Counted from the stretch's first letter, positions 31,677 to 44,222 are shown. The stretch is DNA of 64,000 bases from an uncultured Verrucomicrobiae bacterium (GCA_963806855.1 CAWDYW010000001.1:1-64000), one strand, 5' to 3'. Translations and numbers: made by a program. Notes: generated from the sequence alone by a model not told the origin.

Positions 31677-32234
31677 ATGATTAATTGGGAAGAACAATGG
31701 GCCTACTTCGCCCATCGCTTTGTTGATGGAAAAGCTCATATTGAGCTTCCAAATGGGGAAGAAATCGAGCTTCTGCCCGGCCCGGGATTTGGCGACTATT
31801 CTCATCCTACCACACAATTGATGATCGCGATGATGGCAGACTATGTGCCAGGTCAAATCGTTTTCGACATTGGCTGTGGCAGCGGCATTCTCTCTGTTGC
31901 TGCGGCGAAGCTAGGCGCCAAAAAAATTTATGCCTGCGATATCGACCCTGAGGCGCTCGATCATACTGTGAAAAATGGGCGTCTCAATTCTGCTCAAATC
32001 ACAACATCCCAGAAGCCCTCAGGAAAGCCCACTATCCTCATGAATATGATCCAATCAGAGCAAGAAATCGCCTGGAAAATGCACGGCTGCCCCTTTTCAA
32101 CTTTAATTAGTTCTGGGATTTTATTATCCGATTTGGATAATTATATAGAATTTGCCAAAGAAAATGGCTGGCGACTCATCATCCAGAGAGAGTCGGCAAA
32201 CTGGTCAGGCTTTATTTTTGAGGTGGAAGAATGA
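31677..32234 (+). CDS. prmA: PrmA-like SAM-dependent methyltransferase (short)
   Basis: PGPGFGDYSHPTT, DIGCGSGILS and DIDPEA. Confidence 0.75.
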   Translation: MINWEEQWAYFAHRFVDGKAHIELPNGEEIELLPGPGFGDYSHPTTQLMIAMMADYVPGQIVFDIGCGSGILSVAAAKLGAKKIYACDIDPEALDHTVKNGRLNSAQITTSQKPSGKPTILMNMIQSEQEIAWKMHGCPFSTLISSGILLSDLDNYIEFAKENGWRLIIQRESANWSGFIFEVEE

Positions 32235-33496
32235 AAAAACAATATTTTTTAGCATGGATCATCTGGCTATTAAGCGCATTATTCATGTTCTATAAATATG
32301 CGATCGAAGTCTCTCCCAGTGTGATGACCGATCATCTTATGAAAGCCTTCAACATTGACGGCGCACAGCTCGGCAACCTAGCCGCCTGCTATTTCTACTC
32401 CTACTTGATCATGCAAATTCCTGGCGGTCTCCTCATCGACCGTTATGGCCCACGCAAAGTGACCAGTATCGCAATCGGCATCTGCGGCCTCGGCACCATT
32501 TTGTTTGCCAGCTCGAATATTCTCTTCGTCGCCCAGCTTGGACGCTTCATGAGCGGTTTTGGAGCTGCATTCGCCGCGATGAACTGCCTTAAACTGACCG
32601 GGAACTGGTTCCCAGCGAAGCGCTTTGCAGTGATGGCAGGCCTCATGATGTCGCTCGGCATGCTCGGAGCCGTTGGCGGCCAGGCCCCTCTCTCCGCTTT
32701 CATCAATGCCCTCGGTTGGCGCTCTGCCCTCTTCGCGATCGGCGTCACCGGCCTATTCCTCTGCGCCCTGTTCTGGCTCGTCGTCAGAGATCGCGCAAAG
32801 CACCACATTCAAATGAATCTCACGCCAGAAAAAACCGATCTTTGGAAAAGCTGCCGCTCGGTCTTTAAAAGCAAGCAATCCTGGCTCCTTTCAGTCTATA
32901 GCGGCCTCGCCTTCGCGCCGATCACCGTCTTCGGCGGACTCTGGGGTGTGCCCTTCATTTCTGAAGCCTTTTCCCTCAGTAAAACCAACTCCGCCCATGT
33001 CGTGTCGCTCATCTTTTTCGGCTTTGCGGCAGGCGCTCCTATCTGGGGGTGGCTCTCCGACTTCATCAGCAACCGCAAAAAGGTGATGTTCGTCGGGACG
33101 ATCCTCTCCACCATCGCATTTTGCTTCGTCCTCTACTTCCCCATCTCGGTTTGGCAGCTCAGCGTCCTGATGTTTGCCTTTGGCTTCTTCATCAGCTCAT
33201 TCCTCGTCTGCTTCACCATGATCCGAGAAATCAATGCCCCAGCTGTCGCCGCCACCGCCATCGGCTTTATGAATTCTTTCGACGCGCTCCTCGGAGCCCT
33301 ATCCGATCCGCTGACAGGAAAATTCCTCGATATGGGCTGGCAAGGCAAAATCGTCGACGGTGTCCGGATCTTTTCTGTGACGACCTATAAATGGGCCCTC
33401 ACCACCGTCCCGATCTATTTGATCGCAGCAATAGTCATCCTCTTCTTCGTGAAGGAGACCTACTGCAAGAGCTCATATCCCAACACGATGCCTTAA
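32231..33496 (+). CDS. MFS transporter
   Basis: GLLIDRYGPRK and GWLSDFISNRK motif A; 12 TMs. Confidence 0.92.
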   Translation: MKKQYFLAWIIWLLSALFMFYKYAIEVSPSVMTDHLMKAFNIDGAQLGNLAACYFYSYLIMQIPGGLLIDRYGPRKVTSIAIGICGLGTILFASSNILFVAQLGRFMSGFGAAFAAMNCLKLTGNWFPAKRFAVMAGLMMSLGMLGAVGGQAPLSAFINALGWRSALFAIGVTGLFLCALFWLVVRDRAKHHIQMNLTPEKTDLWKSCRSVFKSKQSWLLSVYSGLAFAPITVFGGLWGVPFISEAFSLSKTNSAHVVSLIFFGFAAGAPIWGWLSDFISNRKKVMFVGTILSTIAFCFVLYFPISVWQLSVLMFAFGFFISSFLVCFTMIREINAPAVAATAIGFMNSFDALLGALSDPLTGKFLDMGWQGKIVDGVRIFSVTTYKWALTTVPIYLIAAIVILFFVKETYCKSSYPNTMP

Positions 33497-33524
33497 GGTC
33501 GGCAAAAACGTACAAAATCGAGAA

Positions 33525-34751
33525 TTATTCCTTATAAAGAGGAATTGTTTTAAGATGATTGTTGATAACTGCAATTATTCCACTTTCGAGTGAGAAATCA
33601 CCAATCGATTGCCAGAGTTTTGTAAAATCCAGTACTGTTGTTCTGACTGTATCAAGGACTAATGCCTCAGATAACTTTGCTTTATTGGCAAAGCGTTTAA
33701 ATTGCTCATAGTTAATGGAGTTGAATGCTTTTGAATCTACAAATGATAATGCCAGCTCATCTGCAGGCAAGTATGGAATTGTCGAAACAAAATCATAGGC
33801 AGGAGCAAGGGCTGCATTTTTTTTGTCGGAATAAATCAGAGACCAATTTTTAAGGTGCATATCGCCGTTGCCAATCAGGATATTAAAAACCAATCTTCGA
33901 ATAAATTCACTAATGCCCTCTTCACCTACTTCTGACCAAATGACTTCTGCGATATTTCGGTAGCTTGCAGAGCTATATTTTTTTTCTGGGAATAAACCAA
34001 AAATTTGCGCAAAGTCTTCGATATGGACTCCATCTCCTTCGGGTGTTCTATCAAATCTTTTGATGATGAATGCATGGTTGGCTATCCGACCGATATTTTT
34101 TGGCATTCCTTGAATTTGATCGATAGGAATAAGAGCGGTTTCCGGCACATTTATCCCAAGATGTCTAGCTAATTCCATCATGACATATTCATTTTCGGGC
34201 ACACCAGAGTATATTGATGAGGGAAGTTTTACAATCCACGACCCGCCGACACCGTTGACAGGGATCGTCAACCCTCCCTCATTTTCCCAGACAGCTGAAA
34301 ATTTGAGCTGTACTCCTGCCAAAGAAAAACGGAGCACTGCTTTTTCTTTTTCTAAGCCAAGAAGTTCCTCCATAGGCTCATTTTTTTCTTTATCCCAATG
34401 ACCGTTGTTTATGGTACGAACCGTGAGAGCTCCTGGTAGATCTTTACCGAGTGCTGCTAAAAGATAAAATTCTCTCTGAGGATTAGTTTTTGCTTGTGCG
34501 GCTAAATATTCCCTCATATGGCCTTCGGGTAATAAATTGGCGAAAAAAGGGGGGAGCCGTGTTCTTGTAGGTGTAACATTTGTAATTAAATCGCCCATTG
34601 AATCCTTAAACGATAAACTTAAAGTGGGGCGATCGGCGTCTGCAATATACTCTTCTTTAAACGACAATATATTTCTATCACCCGGCAAATGAGTCAACGT
34701 AGCAATGTGCCGATCGTGTAATAAAATTTCGAGAATAGCAATTTCAGACAT
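33525..34751 (-). CDS. hipA: HipA family kinase toxin
   Basis: PFFANLLPEG, FSLAGVQLK, RFDR, GNGDMHLKNWS and LAPAYD. Confidence 0.95.
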   Translation of the reverse strand: MSEIAILEILLHDRHIATLTHLPGDRNILSFKEEYIADADRPTLSLSFKDSMGDLITNVTPTRTRLPPFFANLLPEGHMREYLAAQAKTNPQREFYLLAALGKDLPGALTVRTINNGHWDKEKNEPMEELLGLEKEKAVLRFSLAGVQLKFSAVWENEGGLTIPVNGVGGSWIVKLPSSIYSGVPENEYVMMELARHLGINVPETALIPIDQIQGMPKNIGRIANHAFIIKRFDRTPEGDGVHIEDFAQIFGLFPEKKYSSASYRNIAEVIWSEVGEEGISEFIRRLVFNILIGNGDMHLKNWSLIYSDKKNAALAPAYDFVSTIPYLPADELALSFVDSKAFNSINYEQFKRFANKAKLSEALVLDTVRTTVLDFTKLWQSIGDFSLESGIIAVINNHLKTIPLYKE

Positions 34752-35037
34752 CTTCCTCCTCTTTCTCTAAACTATACAAAGGAATTGTTGTTGTTTTGTT
34801 GCTGAGGAGCGAGTTAATAACCGGTATTAAATGTCGGGGGACTAGCATGAGTTCCAGATCAAGCGCTCGTGCTATTTCAACGAGACTGGAGGTCTGAAGA
34901 TCAGTTTCCCCTCTTTCAATTTTAGATAGATGTCCTTGGGGCACTTTTGTTTTTCTGCTTAGCTCTCTTTGACTAAGGTTTTTTCTCTGTCTAGCCGCTT
35001 TTAACTCTGCGACCAAATGGGCTATCGAATGAATCAT
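34744..35037 (-). CDS. hipB: XRE-HTH antitoxin (HipB-like)
   Basis: LSQRELS..QGHLSKIERG; overlaps the hipA start. Confidence 0.85.
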   Translation of the reverse strand: MIHSIAHLVAELKAARQRKNLSQRELSRKTKVPQGHLSKIERGETDLQTSSLVEIARALDLELMLVPRHLIPVINSLLSNKTTTIPLYSLEKEEEDV

Positions 35038-35315
35038 CTGATACCTTATAATGTATACCGCTGTTTGTCTTATATATTAAAACACATCATGATTCAACGC
35101 AACCCCCCAAAATTAAATTTGCAGCGCTTCTTATTAACCTTTAAATATAAAGGACTTATATTCAATCCCTGCAAAATTACATCGCTTTTGGAATTTTTAC
35201 ATGCAAAATGCCAAAGGAGTTGGAAATATGCATATGAAATTAGTCATCCTCTTCTTCGTGAAGGAAACCTACTGCAAGAGCTCATATCCCAACACGATGC
35301 CGTAAGTTTGCTTTG

Positions 35316-35642
35316 CTATATTTTGATAATATTTAAAATACGATCATTCAATTTTGCCACTTCATGGGGACCTTTCTGACTTGTTGCACTCTTTATAGAT
35401 TGCAGCCGCTCTTTTACCTGTTCAGAAGTCAATTTCGACTGTTCAACACCATCTATTTGTACAGAAGAAAACTCACGCTTTTCGCCATGAAGGATGCCAG
35501 CACACTCATAAACAAGAGTGATATGTTGGATCGTTCCTGCAATTTTGTAAGTGTAATCTTCTTCCCTCACAGGATAAAGCACAACTAGATCGAGCAGATC
35601 GGCCTCTCTTGTTTTTAGAAATGAAACACTTGGCGTACTCAT
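35316..35642 (-). CDS. Hypothetical protein
   Basis: AGGA RBS, 108-aa ORF in the islet. Confidence 0.55.
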   Translation of the reverse strand: MSTPSVSFLKTREADLLDLVVLYPVREEDYTYKIAGTIQHITLVYECAGILHGEKREFSSVQIDGVEQSKLTSEQVKERLQSIKSATSQKGPHEVAKLNDRILNIIKI

Positions 35643-35661
35643 CTAGTTGTCCTTTTGTTAA

Positions 35662-37083
35662 TCAGATGCTTTCATTTTTGACTGGCACAGCACTGGTCAT
35701 TCTGGATGCGAGATGGATCGCGATCAGGGCGAGTGGGAAGGCGACGATGAGGGGAGGGATCTTCCATCCTAAGAGGGGCCAAATCGCCACAGTGCCGCCA
35801 CCGACCACCATACCGACCCAGGCTGCTGTCGAAGTGAGCCGCTTCGAGTAGAGGGTAGCGATCATGAGGGGGCCAAAGGAGGCGCCGAGACCCGACCAGG
35901 CATACATCACCAGCTGATCGATCGTCGCTACTTTTGAGAGGGCGATTCCCATGGCGATCAGTGCAGAGAGTGCGCTGGCGAGCCGGGTGACTAAAAGCCC
36001 TTCTTTCTCTGAGCAATCCGTCCGTAAAAACCGCTTGTAGATGTCTTCGGTGATAGTTGTGGAAAGGACGAGGAGCATCGAGCCGACCGAGTTGATGATC
36101 GTCGCGATGATCGCGCAGAGGAATATCCCCGAAATGAACGGTGGGAAATAGTTGTGGACCAATTCAATGAAGACCTGTTCGTGATCGGGAAGTCCGGTTC
36201 CAAAGACGGCAATCCCTACAAAGCCGACCAAGGTAGCCCCGAGGAGGGAGAGGAAGTGCCAGGTCATCCCAATTCTGCATGCGCCACGGATCTGCTGTGG
36301 GTCTTTGATGCCCATGAATTTCGTCAAAATATGAGGTTGGCCAAAATAGCCGATTCCCCATCCGAGCATCAGCAAGATGCTGTTCCAAAGCGAAAGAGGA
36401 TCATTAGTGGAAAATAGGCTGAACGATTTCCCATGGCTTTTCACCGCCTGAATCACCGCATTGACTCCTCCAAAATCTACTCCGATGTAAAGGGGGACAA
36501 ATAGGATCACGCTCAGGAGAAAAAGGCCTTGGAAGAGGTCGACTTTTGCCAAGGTCAAATAGCCGCCGATGAGTACATAGGGGAGGATCAGCGCAACACC
36601 GAGGATAATGGCTGTGACGTATGAGACTGGGAAGAGGGTTTTGACGAGGAGTCCCATTCCATATAGCGTTACAGCGACATAAATGGTGTAAAACAAAAAG
36701 AGAAAGACTGACGTGACGAGGCGGCCAATTGGCCAATTTTGTCCCAATTTCTGCTCAAAAAAGCCGGTGATGGTGATGCTGGAGGTCTTTTCAGTCTCTC
36801 TGCGTACTCGAGGCGCAATAAGACGCCAGTTGACCCACATCATCAGCAGGAGGCCAATCGCGACCCACATCTGCTGTCCGCCGATCAGAAAAACCATTCC
36901 AGGATAGGCCATGAATAGCCAGTTGCTCATATCGCTCGCATGAGCAGCTAAAGCGGTCGTCCAGCGGTTTAGCGATCGATTGCCGATGACAAAATCGCGC
37001 TGGGTCAGCGACCGTTTCTGCTTTGTAATGGCAAAGCCAATTAGAAATGAAAAGTAGATACAGATGGCTAAAAACTCAGTCAT
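35662..37083 (-). CDS. putP: Sodium/proline symporter (SSS family)
   Basis: ASDMSNWLFMAYPG, GYFGQPHIL and YAWSGLGASFGP. Confidence 0.9.
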   Translation of the reverse strand: MTEFLAICIYFSFLIGFAITKQKRSLTQRDFVIGNRSLNRWTTALAAHASDMSNWLFMAYPGMVFLIGGQQMWVAIGLLLMMWVNWRLIAPRVRRETEKTSSITITGFFEQKLGQNWPIGRLVTSVFLFLFYTIYVAVTLYGMGLLVKTLFPVSYVTAIILGVALILPYVLIGGYLTLAKVDLFQGLFLLSVILFVPLYIGVDFGGVNAVIQAVKSHGKSFSLFSTNDPLSLWNSILLMLGWGIGYFGQPHILTKFMGIKDPQQIRGACRIGMTWHFLSLLGATLVGFVGIAVFGTGLPDHEQVFIELVHNYFPPFISGIFLCAIIATIINSVGSMLLVLSTTITEDIYKRFLRTDCSEKEGLLVTRLASALSALIAMGIALSKVATIDQLVMYAWSGLGASFGPLMIATLYSKRLTSTAAWVGMVVGGGTVAIWPLLGWKIPPLIVAFPLALIAIHLASRMTSAVPVKNESI

Positions 37084-37127
37084 GCGGAGTATGATAGCAG
37101 AATGGAATTAATTTGTCTCTCAAATGG

Positions 37128-38771
<1,644 letters not shown>

Positions 38772-39050
38772 TTATTCTCCAAATTTACAGAGGATTTCGT
38801 CTTCAGATAGAATGAGATATTGCTCATCCACATCGGTACCGGCGTACGAGCTGAATAGGACCCGGTCGCCTGCTGCGATGTCAACTGGTTTTAAATTCCC
38901 AGATTCGTCATATCTGCCGGGGCCGACGGCGACCACTTCGCCCTCTTTCGGTTTTTCTTGGGCGCTGTCGGGAAGGAGGATCCCCCCTTTCGATGCGACC
39001 GCTTTTGATCGTTTAACTAAAATGCGATTTCCTAATGGCTTGATATTCAT
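38772..39050 (-). CDS. groES: Co-chaperonin GroES
   Basis: IKPLGNRILV, GGILLPDSAQEKP and VVAVGPG. Confidence 0.97.
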   Translation of the reverse strand: MNIKPLGNRILVKRSKAVASKGGILLPDSAQEKPKEGEVVAVGPGRYDESGNLKPVDIAAGDRVLFSSYAGTDVDEQYLILSEDEILCKFGE

Positions 39051-39129
39051 AAGAGACTCCTAGAAAAGGAAATACTAATGCATTTCGAATTTCCTTTCGA
39101 TTAAATTTATTTTTTGATATTTCGAGATC

Positions 39130-42100
39130 ATGAACGAAAAAACTTCTCCCCGTATTCAGCAAGCCCGGGCTAAACTCGAAGGGCATCGAAATCGACCTCT
39201 CAGCCCCGCTGCTAGAGAAAAAGAGACTGTCGAGCTCGCCGCTTTGATGCTCGAAGAGGCGATCGCCATTCAAACTTCAGAAGAGAGGCGCCAGCAAGCT
39301 GAGATTGCCCGGATGATGACCGATCCGCGCGGCAAGTCCTTTACGATGATGATGACCGACGAGTGCTTTCGAAGCAAAAAGACCAAGCGGATTGCCGAAC
39401 AGATCATCTATCTCTTAAGCCAATTTGGGGTCCCCCGGTATCTCGACTCATTTAAGCGCTTTGGGCTCGAGATGTTTAAAATCTTCGGGAAGGCGTTTCA
39501 TTTTATTTTAGTCCCCCTAGCGATTGGTGAGCTGCGCAAAAACACTTCAAAAGTGATCCTCCCAGGCGAAAAAGCTGCCCTCTCAGCCCACATGGCCAAG
39601 CGACGCAAAGAGGGAGTCCGGCTCAACCTCAACCACTTGGGCGAAGCGATCCTCGGGGAAGAGGAGGCGATCCACCGGCTCAATATCTATCTAAAAGATC
39701 TTGAGGAAAGCGACATTGAATATATCTCGATCAAAATTTCGACTATTTTTTCTCAAATCAATTTGCTTGATTGGGATAAGACAGTGGAAATTTTGGCTGA
39801 GCGTCTGCGCCAACTATACCGGAAAGCTCAAGCCAACCGCTTCAAACGAGCCGATGGGACCGAAGTGCCTAAGTTCGTCAACCTCGATATGGAAGAGTAT
39901 CGAGACCTGCTTCTGACCAAAGATCTCTTTAAAAAATTGCTCGACGAAGAGGAATTTAAAGATTTTTCAGCCGGGATCGTTCTGCAGGCCTATATTCCCG
40001 ATAGTTTTGTCATCTTTCAAGAGCTAACCGAATGGGCGATGAAGCGGCGGCAGAAAAAGGGCGCCCCCATTAAAGTGCGCATTGTGAAAGGGGCCAACTT
40101 GGCGATGGAGCAATTTGAGGCGAGCCTGCGCGATTGGGCCCAGACTCCCTATAAGACCAAAGCCGAGGTTGACGCCAACTACAAGCGAATGGTCCAATAT
40201 GGATGTAAACCTGAGCATGCTGATGCCGTTCATCTTGGGATCGCGAGCCATAACCTCTTCGACATTGCCTATGCGATGCTCGTCCGAGTTGAAAATGGGG
40301 TCGAAAAAGAGGTCACTTTCGAGATGCTCGAAGGGATGGCCGACCATATCCGGCGCGTCGTCCAGCAGCTGACAGGCGATATTCTGCTCTATTGCCCCGT
40401 TGCCACCAAAAAAGATTTCCAAAGCGCGATCGCCTATTTGATCAGAAGGCTCGATGAAAATACCGGTCCTGAGAACTTCCTGCGCCATAGTTTCGGCTTG
40501 AAGCCCGGCAGCCAAGAGTGGAAGGACCAAGTGGAGCTCTTCTCTAAAGCCTGTCAAGAAACAAGCAGCGTCAGCGCCGAACCGAGACGGCAGCAAAATC
40601 GATTTGACCCTCCCCAGAAGCACAGCATCGACACCCCCTTCGAATTTGAGGCCGACACCGACTATGCTCTGCCTCAAAACCAAAAATGGGTCCATGGGGT
40701 AATAAGCGATTGGAAAAAGAAGACATTCAATACGATTCCCCTCGTCATCGACGGCAAAGAGATCCAAAGAGATGAAAAAGGCTCTGGCAGCGAACCCTCC
40801 AGCCCCAATACGCCATTCTATCACTACAGCCTAGCCTCTTGGAACGACATCGACGATGCGCTCAGCGTCGCCAAATCAAAAGAGTCGAGCTGGAAATCCA
40901 AAAGCGCTCGCGAGCGGGCCCAGCTCCTGGCCAACGTCGCCTACAAAATGCGTGAAAAGCGTGCGGATCTAGTCGGCGTCATGATGAAAGATGGGGGCAA
41001 AACCGCCTATGAAACCGATCCTGAAATTTCTGAGGCGATCGATTTTGCCGAATACTACGCCCGCAGCATGCTCGCCTTCGACGAAATGAAAGAGATCGAA
41101 TTCTCTCCTCTGGGCACCGTCCTCGTCGCCCCGCCATGGAACTTCCCCATCTCGATCCCTGCTGGTGGAATTTCCGGCGCCCTTGTCACAGGCAACTGCG
41201 TCCTCTTTAAACCTGCTCCTGAAGCGGTCCTCTCAGGCTGGATCCTCGTCAACCTCTTCTGGGAAGCCGGCATCCCCAAAGATGTGCTCCAATTTGTCAA
41301 TTGCGTCGACGAACCTGTTGGAAGTCAATTGATCAAAGATCAGCGCGTCAACGCCGTCATCCTCACGGGAGGCACCTCGACAGCTCGCCTCTTCATGAAA
41401 ATGCGTCCCAACCTCCGCCTCTCTGCTGAAACCGGCGGCAAAAACGCCATGATCATCTCAGGGATGGCGGACCGCGACCTCGCAATCAAAGACCTCATTC
41501 AATCCGCCTTTGGCCACTCAGGGCAAAAATGTAGCGCTGCCTCTCTCGCGATCCTCGAAGCAGAAGTGTACGACGATGACAATTTCCTCCGTCAGCTGAA
41601 AGATGCCGTCGAAAGCATCCGTGTCGGCGCTTGCTGGGACCTCGCCTCAAAAGTGATTCCCATGATCCGGGCCCCCGAAAAAGCGCTCCTCAAAGGACTG
41701 ACCACTCTCGATGCTGGCGAAAAATGGCTCGTCGAACCGAAACAAGATCCCGACAACCCTAACCTCTGGTCTCCTGGCGTTAAATTGGGAGTCAAAGAGG
41801 GCAGCTTCATGCACACCACCGAGCTCTTCGGCCCCGTTCTCGGCATCATGCGGGCTCGCAACCTCGAAGAGGCGATCCGTTTTGCCAATGGGACACCCTA
41901 TGGGCTCACCTCAGGGATCCACTCCCTCGACAAGCGCGAGATCAACGTCTGGATGAAAAAAATCGAATCGGGCAACTGCTACATCAACCGCGGCATCACC
42001 GGCGCGATCGTCCAGCGGCAACCCTTTGGCGGATGTAAAGCCAGCTCATTTGGCCACGGCTCAAAAGCGGGCGGCCCCAACTACCTCGCCCAATTCATGC

Positions 42101-42744
42101 ACAAAAAGCAAAAGAGCCTCCCCCAAGATAAAGCTCCAGCTTCGATCCAAATCAACGCCCTGACCGCCTTCATCAATCGGGTAGAACTCTCTTCGGAAGA
42201 GCTCGCCGCTTGGTTTGTCAGCACCGCCAACTACGCCCATTGGGCCCACTATTTTTACAAAGATCATGATCCCTCAAAAGTGGTCGGACAAGACAACATC
42301 CTCCGCTACGTCCCCAGAAAGAGGATGGCACTGCGGCTCCAGCCCCAAGACAAGCCGCTCGACTTCTTCCGCGTCCTAGCCGCCGCTCTCGCCTGCAAAA
42401 CCCATCTAGAAGTCTCCTACGATCCAAAAAACAGCCCCGTCAGCATCGATGCAGATTGGAAACAGAGCTTTAAAGAGTTTACCTTTGTTGCAGAGACTAG
42501 TGATGAATTCAATAAGCGAGTAAAGAAAGGGGCCTTCGACCGCATTAGATTACTCTCGAAACCCACGACTGATCTAGAGCTAGCTGCAAGCGAAAATGCG
42601 ACCTATCTCAATTTCGAGCCGGTCCTCGCTAGCGGAAGATTGGAGCTGCTCCATTACCTGCGCGAAGTGGCCTTCAGCATCGATTACCACCGCTATGGCA
42701 ACCTCGGCACCCGCGAAGGGGAGACACGTACGCCGATACTTTGA
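39130..42744 (+). CDS. putA: Bifunctional proline dehydrogenase/P5C dehydrogenase
   Basis: NLDMEEY, RIVKGAN, YLIRRLDEN, ETGGKNA, GQKCSA and ELFGP. Confidence 0.96.
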   Translation: MNEKTSPRIQQARAKLEGHRNRPLSPAAREKETVELAALMLEEAIAIQTSEERRQQAEIARMMTDPRGKSFTMMMTDECFRSKKTKRIAEQIIYLLSQFGVPRYLDSFKRFGLEMFKIFGKAFHFILVPLAIGELRKNTSKVILPGEKAALSAHMAKRRKEGVRLNLNHLGEAILGEEEAIHRLNIYLKDLEESDIEYISIKISTIFSQINLLDWDKTVEILAERLRQLYRKAQANRFKRADGTEVPKFVNLDMEEYRDLLLTKDLFKKLLDEEEFKDFSAGIVLQAYIPDSFVIFQELTEWAMKRRQKKGAPIKVRIVKGANLAMEQFEASLRDWAQTPYKTKAEVDANYKRMVQYGCKPEHADAVHLGIASHNLFDIAYAMLVRVENGVEKEVTFEMLEGMADHIRRVVQQLTGDILLYCPVATKKDFQSAIAYLIRRLDENTGPENFLRHSFGLKPGSQEWKDQVELFSKACQETSSVSAEPRRQQNRFDPPQKHSIDTPFEFEADTDYALPQNQKWVHGVISDWKKKTFNTIPLVIDGKEIQRDEKGSGSEPSSPNTPFYHYSLASWNDIDDALSVAKSKESSWKSKSARERAQLLANVAYKMREKRADLVGVMMKDGGKTAYETDPEISEAIDFAEYYARSMLAFDEMKEIEFSPLGTVLVAPPWNFPISIPAGGISGALVTGNCVLFKPAPEAVLSGWILVNLFWEAGIPKDVLQFVNCVDEPVGSQLIKDQRVNAVILTGGTSTARLFMKMRPNLRLSAETGGKNAMIISGMADRDLAIKDLIQSAFGHSGQKCSAASLAILEAEVYDDDNFLRQLKDAVESIRVGACWDLASKVIPMIRAPEKALLKGLTTLDAGEKWLVEPKQDPDNPNLWSPGVKLGVKEGSFMHTTELFGPVLGIMRARNLEEAIRFANGTPYGLTSGIHSLDKREINVWMKKIESGNCYINRGITGAIVQRQPFGGCKASSFGHGSKAGGPNYLAQFMHKKQKSLPQDKAPASIQINALTAFINRVELSSEELAAWFVSTANYAHWAHYFYKDHDPSKVVGQDNILRYVPRKRMALRLQPQDKPLDFFRVLAAALACKTHLEVSYDPKNSPVSIDADWKQSFKEFTFVAETSDEFNKRVKKGAFDRIRLLSKPTTDLELAASENATYLNFEPVLASGRLELLHYLREVAFSIDYHRYGNLGTREGETRTPIL

Positions 42745-42785
42745 GGTTGTTTTATTTGATTATGACTTCTGATTGATCTGCTCTA

Positions 42786-42822
42786 TATACCCGATTCACA
42801 CTTTTGGGCGAGTCGGGGTATA
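42786..42822. repeat. Internally deleted remnant of element type C
   Basis: 42794-42822 is the exact reverse complement of 53621-53649 and is preceded by TATACCCG. Confidence 0.85.
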
Positions 42823-42872
42823 ACTTGATTTCAGACATTTTTTTGAGGAACCATCTATTTACAGCAATGTGG

Positions 42873-43391
42873 CTATAGGATCGTACATTCTGGATTTACA
42901 TACCCGTATCTTGCGAGAGCACATTCGTAAGGATGTGCATCGCACAATGTTTGTTGCGCTGCCATAATTTCAGCGTCTCTTCTAACCTCTTCCTCAACAC
43001 CTTTATTCCACGCCTCAATACCATTTGAAATTTCAGGAATATGATAACAAACAACAGACCCAATTGAGGTTGCGGCTGCAGCAACACAAAGGTGTTCCAT
43101 ATTATTTTGAACTGTATCAAGTCGAGAAGCACGGTTAGCAAGTGCACCAACTTCTTTTTCAACTTCGCTCACTGGAATGCTAGCAAATTGTAAAAGAGTA
43201 CTCATAATCTCTGGAGAAGGCATATGGCCTGCTTTAGAAACTTCATTCCACTTTTTACATACCTGACGCATAGAAAGTCTATCCATCATCTCAGATTTTT
43301 TAAAGACCTCTCCAATTACTTCATTTGGAAGATCATCGATCGTTATTGGTACGTCTCTTTGAAGATCATTGATCGTTATTGAGCTCATCAT
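42873..43391 (-). CDS. F-box protein (candidate effector)
   Basis: IDDLPNEVIGEVF..DRLSMRQVCKKWNEV F-box consensus. Confidence 0.8.
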   Translation of the reverse strand: MMSSITINDLQRDVPITIDDLPNEVIGEVFKKSEMMDRLSMRQVCKKWNEVSKAGHMPSPEIMSTLLQFASIPVSEVEKEVGALANRASRLDTVQNNMEHLCVAAAATSIGSVVCYHIPEISNGIEAWNKGVEEEVRRDAEIMAAQQTLCDAHPYECALARYGYVNPECTIL

Positions 43392-43398
43392 TTTCTCC

Positions 43399-43692
43399 TT
43401 AATTAAAATAGCGATTTTTTATATATCGCACACCACTCTCCAAAATGTAGAGGGCTAAGACACTCCCCACTGCTAAGGTTGCATTTAAGGCTGCATTAGA
43501 AACGGTATTTAAAGAATCAACCCTCTTCTCAAGCGATTGGGCTCGAGCATTAGTTTCTTCTGTCTCCCTCTCTATTGCAGGTAACTTTTCTTCAATATCC
43601 GCAATCGCTTCTTGCATTGCCTGCCATTTTTGATCCTCAATATTAGCATCGTATTGGTTAAAGCCAACTTGATTAGGTGTGATACCCGCCAT
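43399..43692 (-). CDS. Small coiled-coil protein with C-terminal TM (Inc-like)
   Basis: Heptad region followed by ALNATLAVGSVLALYIL. Confidence 0.7.
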   Translation of the reverse strand: MAGITPNQVGFNQYDANIEDQKWQAMQEAIADIEEKLPAIERETEETNARAQSLEKRVDSLNTVSNAALNATLAVGSVLALYILESGVRYIKNRYFN

Positions 43693-43696
43693 AAAT

Positions 43697-44015
43697 TTAC
43701 TCCCTTGTTAAATATTTAACGATTCTATAAGTGACATATCCAGCTCCAACAGCCCCAGCGAGAGTTAAAGCAACGGGGGCTGAAAAGGCTGAAAGAGCTA
43801 TATAACTGACTGAGCTACTAGTTATGGTGGATGCGCTTGCGATGGTCGATTTCAAATTAACATTTTTTTTTCTCTGTTCGTGCTATAACTTCAAGAGTAT
43901 TATTGTATGTTTGTTCTGCAGCCTGCAAACGATTTTCTCGTTCACTTATTTCTTGTGACATCATTCTTAAGGCTTCCACGTCAACCTCTGTTCTATGATT
44001 TACTGCCTGTGACAT
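43697..44015 (-). pseudogene. Inc-like coiled-coil/hydrophobic protein frameshifted in an A9 tract
   Basis: ATG 44015; shortening T9 (43863-43871) to T8 gives a 105-aa ORF ending in a long hydrophobic segment. Confidence 0.65.
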
Positions 44016-44222
44016 AACAATCCTTCCATACGTTTTTAGTAGCGATATATTAGCTTGTCGATTTATTTTAATTCAAGGATAAATATTCTTTGATTCTAAA
44101 ATCCAATTTCTATAAAATTTGAGACCTTATCTCTATCAAAAAATTATGTTATTTATTTTTACATTGACTTTAATTTGATTCAGTGTATAATTTGCGCATT
44201 GATCAAAAATTACGGAAAATTT

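Larger units (their letters stand above)
33432..35306 (+). repeat. 66-bp direct repeat of the MFS 3' end (33432-33497, 35241-35306) flanking hipBA
   Basis: TAGTCATCCTCTTCTTCGTGAAGGA(G/A)ACC..ATGCC(T/G)TAAG, 2 mismatches. Confidence 0.95.
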
